64,000 nt of DNA from the human T2T-CHM13v2.0 reference genome, Homo sapiens: the NCBI RefSeq assembly GCF_009914755.1, contig NC_060939.1, one strand, 5' to 3'. The notes under the pieces were generated by a model. It worked only from the letters and a program-made list of their open reading frames with translations. It searched no databases and was not told where the DNA came from. The translations under genes and the position numbers were made by a program. Each line of letters starts with the position of its first letter. Position 1 is the stretch's first letter. Below are positions 1-28,810 of this stretch, in pieces.

Positions 1-13
1 GAGGGAGTCATAC
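1..13 (-). pseudogene. RHPN2-like exon 7, first 13 nt only (truncated by window edge)
   Basis: Minus strand ...tttcacatag|GTATGACTCCCTC completes the Trp codon and reads YDSL, continuing RHPN2 FTW-YDSL. Confidence 0.75.
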
Positions 14-58
14 CTATGTGAAAGAAATGCATTCAGGGAGTACAGATTACTTGGCTAG

Positions 59-403
<345 letters not shown>

Positions 404-404
404 T

Positions 405-925
<521 letters not shown>

Positions 926-1039
926 CTCATTTCTTCAATAAAATTCAAGAATGCACATGCACTGAGGCTTTTGTTTCCAAGCAAGATGACAGGACTAATC
1001 GCACTGACCGCCACAGCCACACACACAAATATCTGATGG

Positions 1040-1460
1040 GGTAACTTTATAAACACAGCATGGGACATCCAGACAATGGACTATTACTCAGTACTAAAAA
1101 TGGAGCCTTTTCAAGCAAGCCTTGAAAAGATGCAGAGGAAACATTACTAAGAGCCAACCTGAACGTTGCTACCTACTGTATAGCACGCTGTGTGAGTCCA
1201 ACATTCTGAAAAGCCAAAAACCCGGGAGACAGAAGAAAGATCAGGGGTTGCCAGGACTTAGGGGGAGGGAGGGAGGAACGGCAGAGCACACGGAGGATTT
1301 TTCCAGCAGTGAAACTCTTCTGTACGACACTGCAAAGATGGATCACTGTCACTCTATGTTGGCCAAAAGCTGCAGAATACACAAGTACAAGAATGAACCC
1401 TAATGGGAACTATGGACTCTGGGTGATAATGATGTGTCAGGTAAGTTCCTCAATTATAAA
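1040..1460 (+). mobile_element. Old L1 (L1MB/L1MC-type) 3' end fragment
   Basis: Degenerate L1M 3' motifs (atccagacaatggactattactcag; aaccctaatgggaactatggactctgggtgataatgatgtgtc). Confidence 0.65.
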
Positions 1461-1473
1461 AAAAAAAAAAAAA

Positions 1474-3945
<2,472 letters not shown>

Positions 3946-4002
3946 AGAAACCTGATCTATTTCTGTTTGGTGCTTTTGTCTCACTGGACAAGACCTGATT
4001 TT

Positions 4003-4028
4003 CTCTCTCTCTCTCTCTCTCTCTCTCA
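4003..4028 (+). repeat. (CT)n microsatellite
   Basis: Directly visible. Confidence 0.9.
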
Positions 4029-4260
4029 CTCACTCACACATACACATGCATGCCCCAGTCCAATCTGAGACAAGAATCTTGCTTCTGACTAATTCCATTT
4101 CAGAGCCCTGTGCTTCCCCAGTGATACAACAAGCAAGAAAAATGTCTCCTCTCCTTGGCTCACCTGTTCTGAGAAGCAAGAGGCCACAGTCTGTTGGGGC
4201 CATCTCCCTCGGATCACCTTCATAAATAAATACCAATGTATTGATATCTTTCTAGACTTC

Positions 4261-4360
4261 CCTGGATAAATGCAAGATAGGAAAGGGGGCTGAGGTGCAC
4301 AGGGGTGCACCCCGGATAAATGCAAGATAGGAAAAGGGGCTGAGGTGCCCGCAGAGGGGC
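4261..4360 (+). repeat. 50-bp tandem duplication, 2 copies
   Basis: ccYggataaatgcaagataggaaaRggggctgaggtgc at 4261 and 4311. Confidence 0.85.
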
Positions 4361-4434
4361 GTCTGTGATGCTGAGGCTCCGAAACTGTGGCTGCCATAAC
4401 ACGTGAAGCACCAGCGCAGACCTCAAGCACCTAC

Positions 4435-4559
4435 CAGGTGAACAGGAGTCCCATCTGCCGCGTGGGTGGGAAGAATCAATTCTCAACAAAGCCCAGCTGG
4501 ATGAAGTATGTCATCAGCAGTTCCACCCTGGCCTCATCCCGGCTGGGCGTCCGACAAGC
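4435..4559 (-). pseudogene. RHPN2-like exon 6 (BRO1 domain) with premature stop
   Basis: cag|GCTTGTCGG...ACCTG|gtag, 125 nt: [41 protein letters not shown]; TGA at 4476-4478. Confidence 0.93.
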
Positions 4560-4656
4560 CTGCGAGGAAAAGAACCCCAGAGGGCATGAGCAGAGGAGGA
4601 CACAGCTGACAGCCCTTCCCGGAAGGTGCCCTGCACATACCAGCAGGTGCCTGTAA

Positions 4657-12450
<7,794 letters not shown>

Positions 12451-12991
12451 GAAAAAAAAGAACACAAAATATTTCTTCGAAGCAATTTTCGCAATGCTAG
12501 GATTAATTCCTATAACCAATGCCTGGGCTGCATGATGCAATCTTGGGCCACCCTGCACCTCATCCCCTTTCCCCTCCTTGATGGAATTTGGAGGTGACTG
12601 GTTAAAAACTCAAATTGATGGAGTTGAAGAGGGAAGGAAGAGGAGGGTATTCCAGGCACAGGACGGTCTCCCGGCCCCAGCCTCCGGGCACGGTATCTCC
12701 TGTGTTCTCCATTGAAGCACCCCTTCCACTTCCCACTTGAATCCCCCACTGACCCAAGGGCCCCGCAGGCAGTGCTTGTGGCACCTCTGGCACCCAGCAC
12801 AGTGCCAGGCACAGGTGGGCTTATGAGGATCTGCCAAATGGGAGAGGAGTCCAGATACCCAGGAATGTGGCAGGGGGACACACAAGCAAAGACTCTGGTT
12901 ATTCAAATATTTAAGGGGAGTGAATTGACATCTTTGATTTCCTTTGAAATTGCATCACAAATAAGACAGATTGATATTAGCCATTACTTTC

Positions 12992-13465
12992 GTTCTCTTT
13001 TTTTTTTTTTTTTTTTTGAGACAGTTTCACTGTTGCCCAGGCTGGAGTGCAGTGGCACAATCTCAGCTCACTGCATCCTCTGCCTCCTGGGTTCAAGCGC
13101 CTCTCTCGTGCCTCAGCCTCTCGAGTAACTGGGATTACAGTCATATGCCACTATGCCCAGCTAATTTTTTTTTTTTTAGATGGGATCTCACTCTGTCGCC
13201 CAGGCTGGAGGGCAGTGGCGTGATCTCGGCTCCCTGCAACCTCCACCTCTACCTCCCGGGTTTGAACGATTCACCTGCCTCAGCCTCTGAAGTAACTGGG
13301 ATTACAGGTGTGCACCACCACGTCCAGCTAATTTCTGTACGTTTGGTAGAGACAGGGGTTTTACCATTTTAGCCAGGCTGGTCTTCAACTCCTGAGCTCA
13401 AGTGAGCCGCCTGCTTCAGCCTCCCAAAGTGCTGGGATTACAGGCGTGAGCCACTGTGCCCAGCC
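12992..13465 (-). mobile_element. Trimeric Alu (left-right-right arms) within one 15-bp TSD
   Basis: ttagccattactttc at 12977-12991 and 13467-13481. Confidence 0.8.
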
Positions 13466-13469
13466 TTTA

Positions 13470-13518
13470 GCCATTACTTTCAATGGCAAAAACTGCAATT
13501 ACCTTCAAACCAACCTAA
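13470..13518. mobile_element. MADE1 (Hsmar1 MITE) half element
   Basis: gccattactttcaatggcaaaaactgcaattaccttcaaaccaacctaa resembles the MADE1 spacer and right TIR. Confidence 0.7.
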
Positions 13519-13965
13519 CAGACACAAGAATGCACAGATGGACAAATATGTCAGGAAGCAATGCTGGCAGTATGTTCTCGGAAGAAGTGAGTACACAGGG
13601 GTTTGCTATAAAATTCTTAAAATTTTTTGAAAAGTTTGGAAATTTTCATAATCAAATGTTAGAGAAAAAACTTTAGCTATTCTTCCAAAGACATAACCTA
13701 AACTGGATACATGACTTAAGAAACAAATACACTATTAATAAAAGAGGATGTAAGTTTTAAATTTGAAAGCATATCCACTACAGACCCTTTGACTTGGCCT
13801 CTCAGGGAAGGCCCTCCTGGGTTTCCAACCTGCCTTGTCCAAGACCCAGGAGGAGCTTCAGAAGCCATCAAAGGCAACAACAAAAATATGGCAGGAATAA
13901 ACATATCAATTATGCATGTAGCTGGCTGAGAAGGGCCTCAGGGTCACTCTGTAGATATCAACTGA

Positions 13966-14908
<943 letters not shown>

Positions 14909-15840
14909 CAATCTCAATGCTTCTTTTGGCAGCTGTGCTGAGAGTCTATTGTGTGCCAGGGCCTGTGCATGGTGCACTTGCTGCTCCCACCTGGGTGCAC
15001 CACCCTGCTGCCCTGCGCCTCCTTTGTCAGCTCCTCACCCCCTCCTCCTCTGCTCCCCTCAGCGGGCCCCACAGCTGTGGCAGCTCTCCAACACCCTCAC
15101 ATTCACAACTCTGGGTTCGTAGGGGCCTCTTCTTTGGGAAGTGTCTAGGCGTCCCACCACCAGCACAGAAGATGCCATCAGGGCAGGAGCCCCATCCGAC
15201 ACCGAAGTGCACCTGCCTCCCAGCCCAGGGTCAGACACCCTCCACCTCCTCTCCCCCAGCTGACCACTCTGTAACCACAGGTCACCTGGGGAGTGCTCCC
15301 TGAGCCTACATTCCTAGGGGCAGGGACAGCAGGAAGTGAACGGAGCTCAGGCTGTGTTTTGCAAACAGGGATTCAGCTCCCTGACCTGTAACAGGAGACC
15401 TCCTTGGGCTGCTCAGCCCAGCCCCACAAGAAGGCCAGGAAGGCTGGGCAGGGCGAGGGGACAATGCAGCTGTAAGCTGAACCTGGCTCTGCAGCACAGC
15501 CATGCTACGGCCAGGTGAGACCCATCCTGGGGGCATGGAAAGCCGAATTCTGCTGAAGGCTCCTCCAGGCTACGCAGGGCGGGAAGCCAGGTTTGTGGCT
15601 GTCCAGGCAACAACAAGAGGAGGAGCGACTGTCCTGAGTCCCAACTCCAGGGCACCCCAGCCCCAGTGTGGCACTGACAGCACCCTCTAGGTGCCCTCCG
15701 GCTTCCCTGAGTTTTCCCATGAGGGAGGGAAATAACCTCATGCACCATGAGGTTATTTCTTTCCCGCCTACCTCCTAGAAGACTGTAAAGATCAACCATG
15801 CTAAGAAAGAAACAGTCTACCTTGAAAAAAGAATAGTGCA

Positions 15841-16124
15841 GGCCAGGCGCAGTGGCTCACGCCTATAATCCCATCACTTTAGGTGGCTGAAACAGGCAGA
15901 TCACGTGAGGTCAGGAGTTCAAGACCAACCTGGCCAACATGGTAAAACCCCGTCTCTACTAAAAATACAAAAACTACCTGGGCATGGTGGTGTGCGCCTG
16001 TAATCCCAGCTACTCAGGAGGCTGAGGCAAGAGAATCACTTCAACCAGGAGGTGGAGGTAGCAGTGAGCCAAGATTACGCCACTGCACTCCATGCCTGGG
16101 TGACAGAGCAAGACTCCGTCTCAG

Positions 16125-16156
<32 letters not shown>
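15841..16156 (+). mobile_element. AluS with a ~54-bp flanking direct repeat
   Basis: Full dimer and long A tail; see findings. Confidence 0.9.
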
Positions 16157-16158
<2 letters not shown>

Positions 16159-16198
16159 TCAACCATACTAAGAAAGAAACAATCTACTTTGAAAACAG

Positions 16199-16863
<665 letters not shown>

Positions 16864-16966
16864 TCACGCCTGTAAACCTAGCACTTTGGGAGGCTGAGGC
16901 CGGCAGATCACAAGGTCAGGAGCTCGAGACCAGCCTGGCCAACATGGTGAAACCCCATCTCTACTA

Positions 16967-17311
<345 letters not shown>

Positions 17312-17872
17312 TTAAGGTTCCCAAATCCAGGGAGCTATTTTCCGACTGAGTTTACCCTGGGGCCCACCTACTTTTTGAGAAGTCTCATGCCCCTACTAAA
17401 AAAGCACGTAAACCCTTCTTTGAACTGTCTCAAAGTTATTTCTCCTTAAAAAGAAGCATTTCACTTAGGGTTTTGTTTTGTTTTTGTGTTTTTTGAGACA
17501 GGACTTCTTTCTGTTGCCATTACTGCAGTCTCGACCTCCCTGGCTCAAGTGATCTTCCCACCTCAGCCTTCTGAGTAGCTGGGACTACAGGTGTACACCA
17601 CCATGCCCGGCTAATTTTCCTATTTTTTGTAGAGATGGGGTTTCACTATGTTGCCCAAGCTGGCCTTGAACTCCTGGGCTCAAGCAATCCCCCATCTCAG
17701 CCTCCTGAAGAGCTGGATTACAGACGTGAGGCAAGAGGGGCATTTCTTTCATAGTTAGATCTCCATTTTTGGAGATGTATTGCAATTCTGAGGGATGGTG
17801 TTGTTGGCTTTCATCTTGCAGAAATCAATTCCAAAATTGAGTTATGGAGAATGATACGATAGAGTGCCTTCA

Positions 17873-18203
<331 letters not shown>

Positions 18204-19002
18204 TTAAAAGGAGACTGGTGTGTTACTTTGTTTTAATTTGGATTTTTCTGTTTCAGTTTGTCACCTCCAGCTAGGAAACAGACTGCAGTCCAGCATCTAA
18301 GTACAGTGCACAGAATCTCTGTGTGTGCATAGTGGCCTCCCCTTACAGGGTCAATTTTGGCCTTTGGCCTTAATCCCGAAGTATTTGTGTATGCTTTCTG
18401 TTCCTTGGCAAATAAATGAGAAAATAATTAGCCAACATTGGAAAGGTATTGTCCTAACAATGTCCCTTTAATGTTTCTTAGGAAAATTATGATGACCCAC
18501 TAAAATATCCTTGCTCAATGTCTGTTCAGTTGAATTTAATAACATATCTTGCTAATGTTTGCGTGTCTATGAAATGTGACTACGCGGAATTACTGAAACT
18601 TAACTATAAAATCCAAGGCATCTAACTTTTAAACTTATCTTGGTTCATCACGTATATTTACACTAGATTTTATACTGTCTTCATTTGTTTTTTTTTGTCT
18701 GTTTGTTTTGAGACAGAGTCTTGCTCTGTCAGCCGGGCTGGAGTACAGTAGTGTGATCTCGGCTCACTGAAACGTCCAACTCCCGGGTTCAAGCAATTCT
18801 GCCTCAGCCTCTGAGAAGCCAGGATTACAAGTGTGCACCACCACGTCTGGCTATTTTTATTTTTAGTAGAGACGGGGTTTCATCATGTTGGCCAGACTGG
18901 TCTCGAACTCCTGACCTCAGGTGATCCACCCGCCTCAGCCTCCCAAAGTGTTGGGATTACAGGAGTGAGCCACTGTGCCTGGCCTCACAAATGCCTTTTT
19001 GT

Positions 19003-19059
19003 CACTGCAGATATTTCCCAACACTACAGATATTTCCCAACACTGCAGATATTTCCCAA
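19003..19059 (+). repeat. 19-bp tandem repeat x3
   Basis: cactRcagatatttcccaa three times. Confidence 0.9.
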
Positions 19060-19273
19060 GAAATGGGCTCATCCCTTCCAGTCTAGCACCTCACTCAACC
19101 CCAAACCTGATGGTTCTCTCACTTCCCAAAGCTGGGGCTGCCACACCCCAGTCTAGAACCCTATCTTCCCTGTTTGTGCAGATAGGGTTCGTACCCAGGT
19201 ACCTCTTCATACCCTGGATATATGAAGGATCTCTGGCTCAGAGGCTTCTGGAAGGTGTGCTGCTCCCACTTAC

Positions 19274-19402
19274 TCTGTGTTCTGATAGATGCCCACTGAG
19301 ATGTTCAGCCCCTCCAGCTCTTCCTTGAGCATCTGCAGGTCTGAGTTGACCAAGCTCAGCTCCAGCCGCACTTGTTCCCGCACCTTTGGGTTCGCGGCCA
19401 CT
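19274..19402 (-). pseudogene. RHPN2-like exon 3 (HR1/REM-1 Rho-binding region)
   Basis: cag|AGTGGCCGCG...AACACAGA|gtaagt, 129 nt: [43 protein letters not shown]. Confidence 0.93.
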
Positions 19403-20339
19403 CTGTTCAAAGAGAAGAGGGAGAGAAGTGCCCTCAGCCAGGTATCCCGGCTTCTGGGTGAGCAGAACCAATCCCCAGTCCCTGCAGGGAGGATCAGGGC
19501 ACGGCTTGCAGAGGAGGGCCAGGAGTGTTGGGTAAGGTATCCCAGGGACACGGAGCACCTGCCCAGCTTGCAGTACACCTGCCAGTACGTGGAGCTGCGG
19601 ACACAGGCAATGACACTGTGAGCTGCAGACATGAACTCTATGACATCCTGCAAAAACTCCACCTTGAGAACAGAAAACAAAACTGCTCCCAGCCATGCCC
19701 TAAAATACCATAAGATATCCACTTGAAAAGAAATGAATGATTCTGGTTGGGCGTGGTGGCCCACGTCTGTAATCCCAGCACTTTGGGAGGCCGAGGCAGG
19801 TGGATCAGCCGAAGTCAGGAGTTCGAGACCAGCCTGGCCAACATATAGTGAAACTCTGTCTCTACTGAAAAATACAAAAACTAGCTGGGTGTGGTGGTGC
19901 ACACCTGTAGTCCCAGCTATGCAGAAGGCTGAGGCTTGAACCTGGGAGATAGGGGTTGCAGTGAGCTGAGATTGTGCCACTGCACTCCAGCCTGGGCAAC
20001 GGAGCAAGGCTCCCTCTCAAAAAAAAAAAAAAAAAAAAAAAGAAATGAATGATTCCTTTCGGTAGGAGAAATCCAAATAAATAAATAAATAAACATAAAA
20101 TTTGTTTTAAAAAAAGAAAGAAATGGATGGTTAGCTGGGCATGGTGATGCATGGCTATAGTCCCAGGCAGGAGGATCGCTTGAGTCCAGGAGGTTGATAC
20201 TGCAGTGAGCTATGATCACACCACCGCAATCCAGCCTGGGTGACAGGGCAAGACACTGTCTCTAAAAACTAAAATAAGATAAAATGAAATAAAATATAAA
20301 TATATATATATATATATATATGATAAAAAGTAAAATAAA

Positions 20340-22480
<2,141 letters not shown>

Positions 22481-22501
22481 GCAGGCAGACATCCATAGGT
22501 A

Positions 22502-22740
22502 TGTCAGGGTCCCTAAAACCACCCCCAAGTTCAGTGTTAATCTAGGAGGACTTGCAAAAGTCATGGCTGTGGTTTACTACAGCAAAAGACACAAAGCATA
22601 ATGAGCAAAGGGAAAGGCATATGGGGTGAAATTGGGAGGAGGCCCGGCCCAGGCTTCTAGGGGTCCTCTCCCAGTGGAATCCCACAGACCATGCTTAACT
22701 CCCCCATCAAGGAGTTGTGACAACACACGTAAAATGCCAA
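22502..22740. mobile_element. MER21-like LTR fragment
   Basis: tgtcagggtccctaaaaccacccccaag...gcaaagggaaaggcatatggggtgaa...tcctctcccagtgga...agttgtgacaacac resembles the recalled MER21 consensus. Confidence 0.65.
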
Positions 22741-25199
22741 GAAAGCCCCCAGAAAGTTCCAATCAGGACTCAGGTCCCACCGGAAGGTCCCTCCCTAGCT
22801 GACTTCTTGGGCTCCCTCCCAAAGTGGGCAGAAGGGTCTGGGTGAGGGACCCGAGCCTGGTTTTCACTTCCCTAAGCCCGAGGGTCCTCTTCCTGGCACA
22901 AGGCCTTGAGGAGGCTTGGGAAGCCAGCCTTCAGGTCCCGCTGTTTTGTTATTTTGCTAAAGCATGTCCCGTCTGTAAGTTTGCCCCCTCGGGTCACTTT
23001 CTTCACCTTATCAGCAGGGCCCATGATTCCTTCTGCTTTCCAACAAGACGCCAGAGCATATTTTTAGACCAATGAAGTCGGTGGGACAGTGGGTGGGACC
23101 CAGAGAGTGACGGACAGTGAGTCGGCCTGGAGGGTGGGAAGGCGAAGTGAGTTCCCCTCCTGGGACGGGGCTGGGAGGGGACATGGAATGGTCTGTCAGC
23201 TATGAGTTTGTGGAAGGCAGAGTCAGTGACTTTCAGCTGACCTGCCTCGGTCTGGAAGATTCCAGTAGAGAAAGGGAGGGCCAGGGGCCTGGAGGCTGGT
23301 TCCAGGTCTGGGTGCTGGGCCTGAGAGCATTTCCAAAGCACTGAGCCTGGGACTGAAGGTAATTCACCATGAGGGTTCAGCTGGGGAGGACTGTCTGTCT
23401 GCTTCCCCCACCTCCCAGTCCCTCAACTCACCCCCAGTCCCCCTACCTGCCTTAACTCAGGAAAAAGGCCTCCCTCGTGAGTACTGGCAGCTGCCTTTGG
23501 AGGCATGTCACGGTCACACCCCAGGACACAACGCAGAATCTCAGGCTGGCAGGGGACATTTGAGATCAGCCAGCCCAGCCTCTCATTTTACAGCTGGGAA
23601 TGGGTGCACAACGGCCATGGCTGCCCAAGGTCACAGAGCCCGGGAGGGAGCAGCAGGCACGGTGGAAAAAGTAAGGTCACGTGAGCCAGGTCTGGGCACC
23701 GGGTCCAGGCCTGCCACTCCCCCGCATGTGGCTCAGGTCGATGGCTCAGACTCTCAGCCTCAGGTCCACAGCTGAAGCAGTAGAGGAACAGCTGTTCGAG
23801 GGGCTGCCTGGGGAGGAGCGGGGCTGGGTGCCCTGTGCGCACAGCAGACACTTCATCAGCCACTCAAGTAGGCAGCCGAGCCAGGAGGGCCCTCTGGGCA
23901 CCTGGGCCTCTCCGTAGGAAGAGGAGCAGGGACCCACTATCCTTTGGGTCAACAACGGCCTTAAGCAATGGGCTCGAAAATCCCTGGTTAGTGACCACCT
24001 TCTGTTGCTAGGCAAGATGGGGACAAAGATGGGGTCCAGTTCTCCAGTTGTTAAACATCTGTCTCATCAAGAAGATGGGACAGCACATGGAAAATAAATT
24101 TCTATGGTTATAATAACTGTCCCAGATTCTCTGTGCAGTAATGGCAGACCCGCTTTCCCTCTGAAAACAAGCAAGAATTTTGGATAAGACAATAACAAAA
24201 TTACGTTAAAAGCATCAAAGGGCTGCTAAGCTAGTGGGAAACCTCCAGGCCAAGTTTCAGGGGAAAACCAAGAACCTAGAGAGGAGCGCTGGGGCCACTG
24301 TTGCTTGTGAGCATTTGCCAACCTGACAAGTTGGGCTTCGACCTTGGAGGGAGTAGGGGGGTAGACAGAGGTCAAGGTATGAGGAGGCTGATAGGGGATT
24401 CACCCCCATATCAAGCTGGGAGCCTGAAAGGCCTCACCTGGGTGAAGACAGAAGCAGAGATAACCCTGGTCCCTGCCCCAAAACAAGGAATTCATTAGCA
24501 TTAAAAGGAGTGGGAGGAAAAAAGGAAAGGAAACTCACAGATTCAACCACAAAGAGCCTTGGATCTCCGGCGGACTTGGACCCCTCACCCATCACACCTG
24601 GGAGGCCCAGGGATGGTGGGGCTTCTGTGCACTTGGTTCCAGGTGGTCTGGGCTGTCCATGTGAAAGCAAACACCATCCTTGTGAGAAGGAACCTCTGTC
24701 TTTGGCCTCACGGAAACCCCACAGACACCCTTCCAAGGGCCCCAAGAAGCACACAAAGATATCCAAGTCTGAAAGGGAAGAAGGCACCATGAGTAAGAAC
24801 CAGCAGACAAGCTAGCAGACACCCGCACAGTCTCCCCATATTTTTATACAATTACCAAACAAGACACTATGGTACATTTCAAACCATAATAGGAGAGATG
24901 GCCCATGTTCGGTGGCCAAGCATAGCACAGAGCTCCTCACTCCTCCAGGAATTCCACTGAAGGGTGGCAAGTTCTGGAGTTCAAGCCACTGGGGAGGCAA
25001 CAGGAGTGCAAGTGGCCACGGTTCAGGCGCTGATGGGCAGAGGTGGGGAGGGGGCGCTCCCAAGGAGTCCACTGGGAGATGCAGGCAGGGGGCTTCCCAG
25101 GCAGCCTCACCAGCTTCCCTTCACACTGATCCCCTGTAAACGTGTGTCCGGCCTCGACGTAGGAGGAACAGGGAGAAACTGATTTTCTATTCATAAAAT

Positions 25200-25490
25200 G
25201 TGCGCCTCTCTGCGCCTGCGCCGGCGCTGTGCGCCTTTGCGAGGGCGGAGCTGCGTTCTCCTCAACACAGACCCGGATTGCATCGTGAGGGCGAGCTGAG
25301 TTCTCCTCTGCACAGACTTCAGAGATACAGCGAAGGCGGAGCAGTGTTCTCCTCAGCACAGACCCGGGCGGACGGGTGGGCCGGGGGCACCGCAAGGGCG
25401 GAGCTGCGTTCTGCTCAGCACAGACCCGGGGGACACAGCGAAGGCAGAGCAGCGTTATCCTCAGCACAGACCTTGGGAACACTGCATCGC
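25200..25490 (+). repeat. Interstitial TAR1 (telomere-associated repeat) fragment: one 29-bp-type unit plus five GGCGGAGCTGCGTTCTCCTCAGCACAGACCCGG units
   Basis: gcgcctctctgcgcctgcgccggcgc followed by units near 25243, 25289, 25335, 25396 and 25443; same motifs and order as the human subtelomeric CpG-island repeats next to TTAGGG arrays; no TTAGGG array here. Confidence 0.88.
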
Positions 25491-25510
25491 TTTGGGCAGA
25501 ATAGGTGAAT
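25200..25510 (+). promoter_or_regulatory. Candidate CpG-rich promoter and first exon for the CHEK2 pseudogene, with 5' splice site AG|GTGAAT at 25504/25505
   Basis: High CpG density, NRF1-like TGCGCCTGCGCC, donor-like site 521 nt upstream of the CHEK2 exon-11 acceptor. Activity is inferred only. Confidence 0.5.
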
Positions 25511-26025
25511 GAATGAATGAATGAATGAGTGTAATCACATGCCCTCCCTTTCCCTGTTTATCAAGCCTGGCATCACTTTAGAATCTCTTGTTAGAATTTA
25601 TGACACCTAGGCTTTACCTCAGAACCTGAGAGTGGCACTCAGGTATAAGCACGTGTTTCCAAGCTCCCCAGGTATTCCATAGCACAGCCAAGTTTGAGAC
25701 AGTGGGGTCTAAGAACCATGTAGAACTAATGAGAATCCTGAAGTGTCTGTGATAAAGGTAATAAGCTTTTTGTAAGATTACAGAGGACATAGATTAAGTT
25801 GGAAAGCCTGAGTGTTGAGATTCCTAGGCTCAGGAATTTTAATTTAACCAAAGTTAAATGTCTTAACTTGCAAAGACATGAATCTGTAGATTCCAGATTA
25901 ATGGCAGGTGTGAATTGTACAATAGAAACTGATCTAGCCTACATGTCTTCTTGGACTGGCAGACTATGTTAATCTTTTTATTTTATGACAAGTTCAACAT
26001 TATTCCCTTTTGTACTGAATTTTAG

Positions 26026-26190
<165 letters not shown>

Positions 26191-26351
26191 TAAGAAATAT
26201 TTTCATTGCTTCACAGACTGGTAGGAGGTGATTAGATGAAGTCACAAATGTGTCTTGCTCTGTTGTCCAGGCTGGCATGCAGTGGCTTGATCTTGGCTAA
26301 CTGTAGCCTCTGCCTTCTGGGTCAAGTGATCCTCCCATCTCAGCCTCCTGA

Positions 26352-26543
<192 letters not shown>

Positions 26544-26656
26544 TGATTTAAAGAAAAATCTGACTTTTCATTATGCTGAAAAAGAAATCTTTATATCTGA
26601 ATGCCACTGAGAATGCCACTTGATTTCTTTTCCTTTCTCTCTCTACCAATATTAAG

Positions 26657-26772
26657 CCTTAGTGGGTATCCACCTTTCTCTGAGCACAGGACTCAAGTGT
26701 CACTGAAGGACCAGATCACCAGTGGAAAACACAACTTCATTCCTAAAGTCTGGGCAGAAGTCTCAGAGAAAG
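26657..26772 (+). pseudogene. CHEK2-like exon 12 (116 nt)
   Basis: [38 protein letters not shown]; taag| and |gtatga. Confidence 0.95.
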
Positions 26773-26929
26773 GTATGAATATGAAAGGGTTAAGAATTTG
26801 TGGTATGCTAAAATGTGTGTGTCCTGTGGTGGGAGTTTCTTTCCAAATTCCATGGTGTTTTCTCCTGTCAATTCTGTTCTTATTTTCTATCGTTAGTTTC
26901 ACACCATTTGAGAGGCACTGGAAATTATT

Positions 26930-27090
26930 AAGAGCATGCACTCAGGTCCTGGGTCTGCTACTACTTAGCTGTGTGGCCTTAGGCAAGTTATTTAACCTCC
27001 GTCTCCAATTTCTTTCTGTGTAAAGGGACCCTCAATAATCCCTACCTTAAAAGGTTTTTTGAGGGTTAGGTATAATGTAAACAAGTGCCT
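26930..27090 (+). mobile_element. MIR fragment
   Basis: ctacttagctgtgtggccttaggcaagttatttaacctc...ataatccctacc core. Confidence 0.7.
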
Positions 27091-27780
27091 TGTACCTATT
27101 TTACTGAGCAAAATAAATGCATTTGTAACTTTTTAGTTACAAGGTTTCCTTTGAGTAAGCAAGCGTGTAAAAACTATATGTCTTTAGTTACCTTGTATTT
27201 TATAATTTGTCCTGGCAACTTTAGTTCCCTGAAGAGAAAATAGAAAATTAAATGACAAATAACGTAACATAGGTAATTGTGTTAAATGTCAGAATATTTC
27301 AGGAATAATAATGTTGTGATATACAGGCCAGCATGCATTTGTTGCTTGCTGGAGTAGTCAAGTTTTATTTCTGACAAGTCTGCAGTTCCAGGGAGCCTCT
27401 CCCTGGCTGAGTAACTGTCACCCATCCATCTGTAGATGTCAGGGAGAGTTTGCTGTGCATCCCAATTATCTTAGAATTGGGTAGAAGTTTAGCTTTAATT
27501 AGTTTGACCTTGAGTCTAGCAACAAGAGAGGGAACAGGCAGCGAAGAGGTCGTGACTGATGTCCCAGCAACAGGAGACAGGGAGTGTCATTATCATTCCT
27601 GGTCTTCTCACAGTACTCTGAATACAGAGAGTGAGGAAGATTAGGGGGCCCTGTCTGCTGACTCCCTGACGATCTCAGACCCTCTCTGCTCTTTCTGGAT
27701 GGTGGCCTGTTAATTCTGGCATACTGTTACTGATAATATATTTATCCTTTTCACTGTGATTTGCCCAATTGTTGCTTTAG

Positions 27781-27865
27781 CTCTGGACCTTGTCAAGAAG
27801 TTGTTGGTAGTGGATCCAAAGGCATGTTTTACAACAGAAGAAGCCTTAAGACACTGTGGCTTCAG
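27781..27865 (+). pseudogene. CHEK2-like exon 13 (85 nt, one short of 86: frameshift)
   Basis: [25 protein letters not shown], then AGACAC-TGTGG where CHEK2 reads AGACACCCGTGG. Confidence 0.93.
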
Positions 27866-27895
27866 GTGGGTGTGGGACAGTGCCTGCTAGCATAA

Positions 27896-28423
<528 letters not shown>

Positions 28424-28810
28424 TAAATCAGGGAAGTGGGGGAGGGGGAGGAGGGCAGCCTCCCTGGGGAGAATCCAGCTATTTCTCAAGCCCAAGTGAC
28501 TCGGTATAAAGGGTCCCACTGCTTGTTCATTCAGGTGAGTAAATGTGTCCTTAGTGAAGGCTGTCACCTGCACCTTTCATCTGTGTTACTGCTGTACTCC
28601 TGCTAGGGGTTGGGGCTGCCATTATTAAATGCTGACCTCATTTGGAACTGCCAAGAGTTGGAAGTACGTTGTGGCTTTGCTGGGTTAATCTTTAGTTTTG
28701 GAATTAGCTACGGCATTGGGCAGGTTTTTCTGATAGATGTCTGGTCTTCTGTAACGAGCAGTTCCATTCAGTACAACCATGCCCCTTTCTATTAATTTTC
28801 TTTTGGTCTG

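Noticed and set aside
19270-20007. 245-aa ORF ending in RHPN2 sequence
   Set aside because: Chance fusion of Alu, intron and exon 3; only the last ~43 aa are RHPN2-derived.
22760-25190. GC-rich unique-looking stretch with several ORFs
   Set aside because: No recognisable protein or exon; probably RHPN2 intron 2 or flanking duplicon, unresolvable without alignment.
25243-25480. CRISPR-like repeat-spacer appearance of the TAR1 units
   Set aside because: Primate DNA, degenerate units with short related spacers, matches subtelomeric TAR1, no cas genes.
25490-25530. Interstitial telomere or fusion site after TAR1
   Set aside because: No TTAGGG array; only a short (GAAT)n run.
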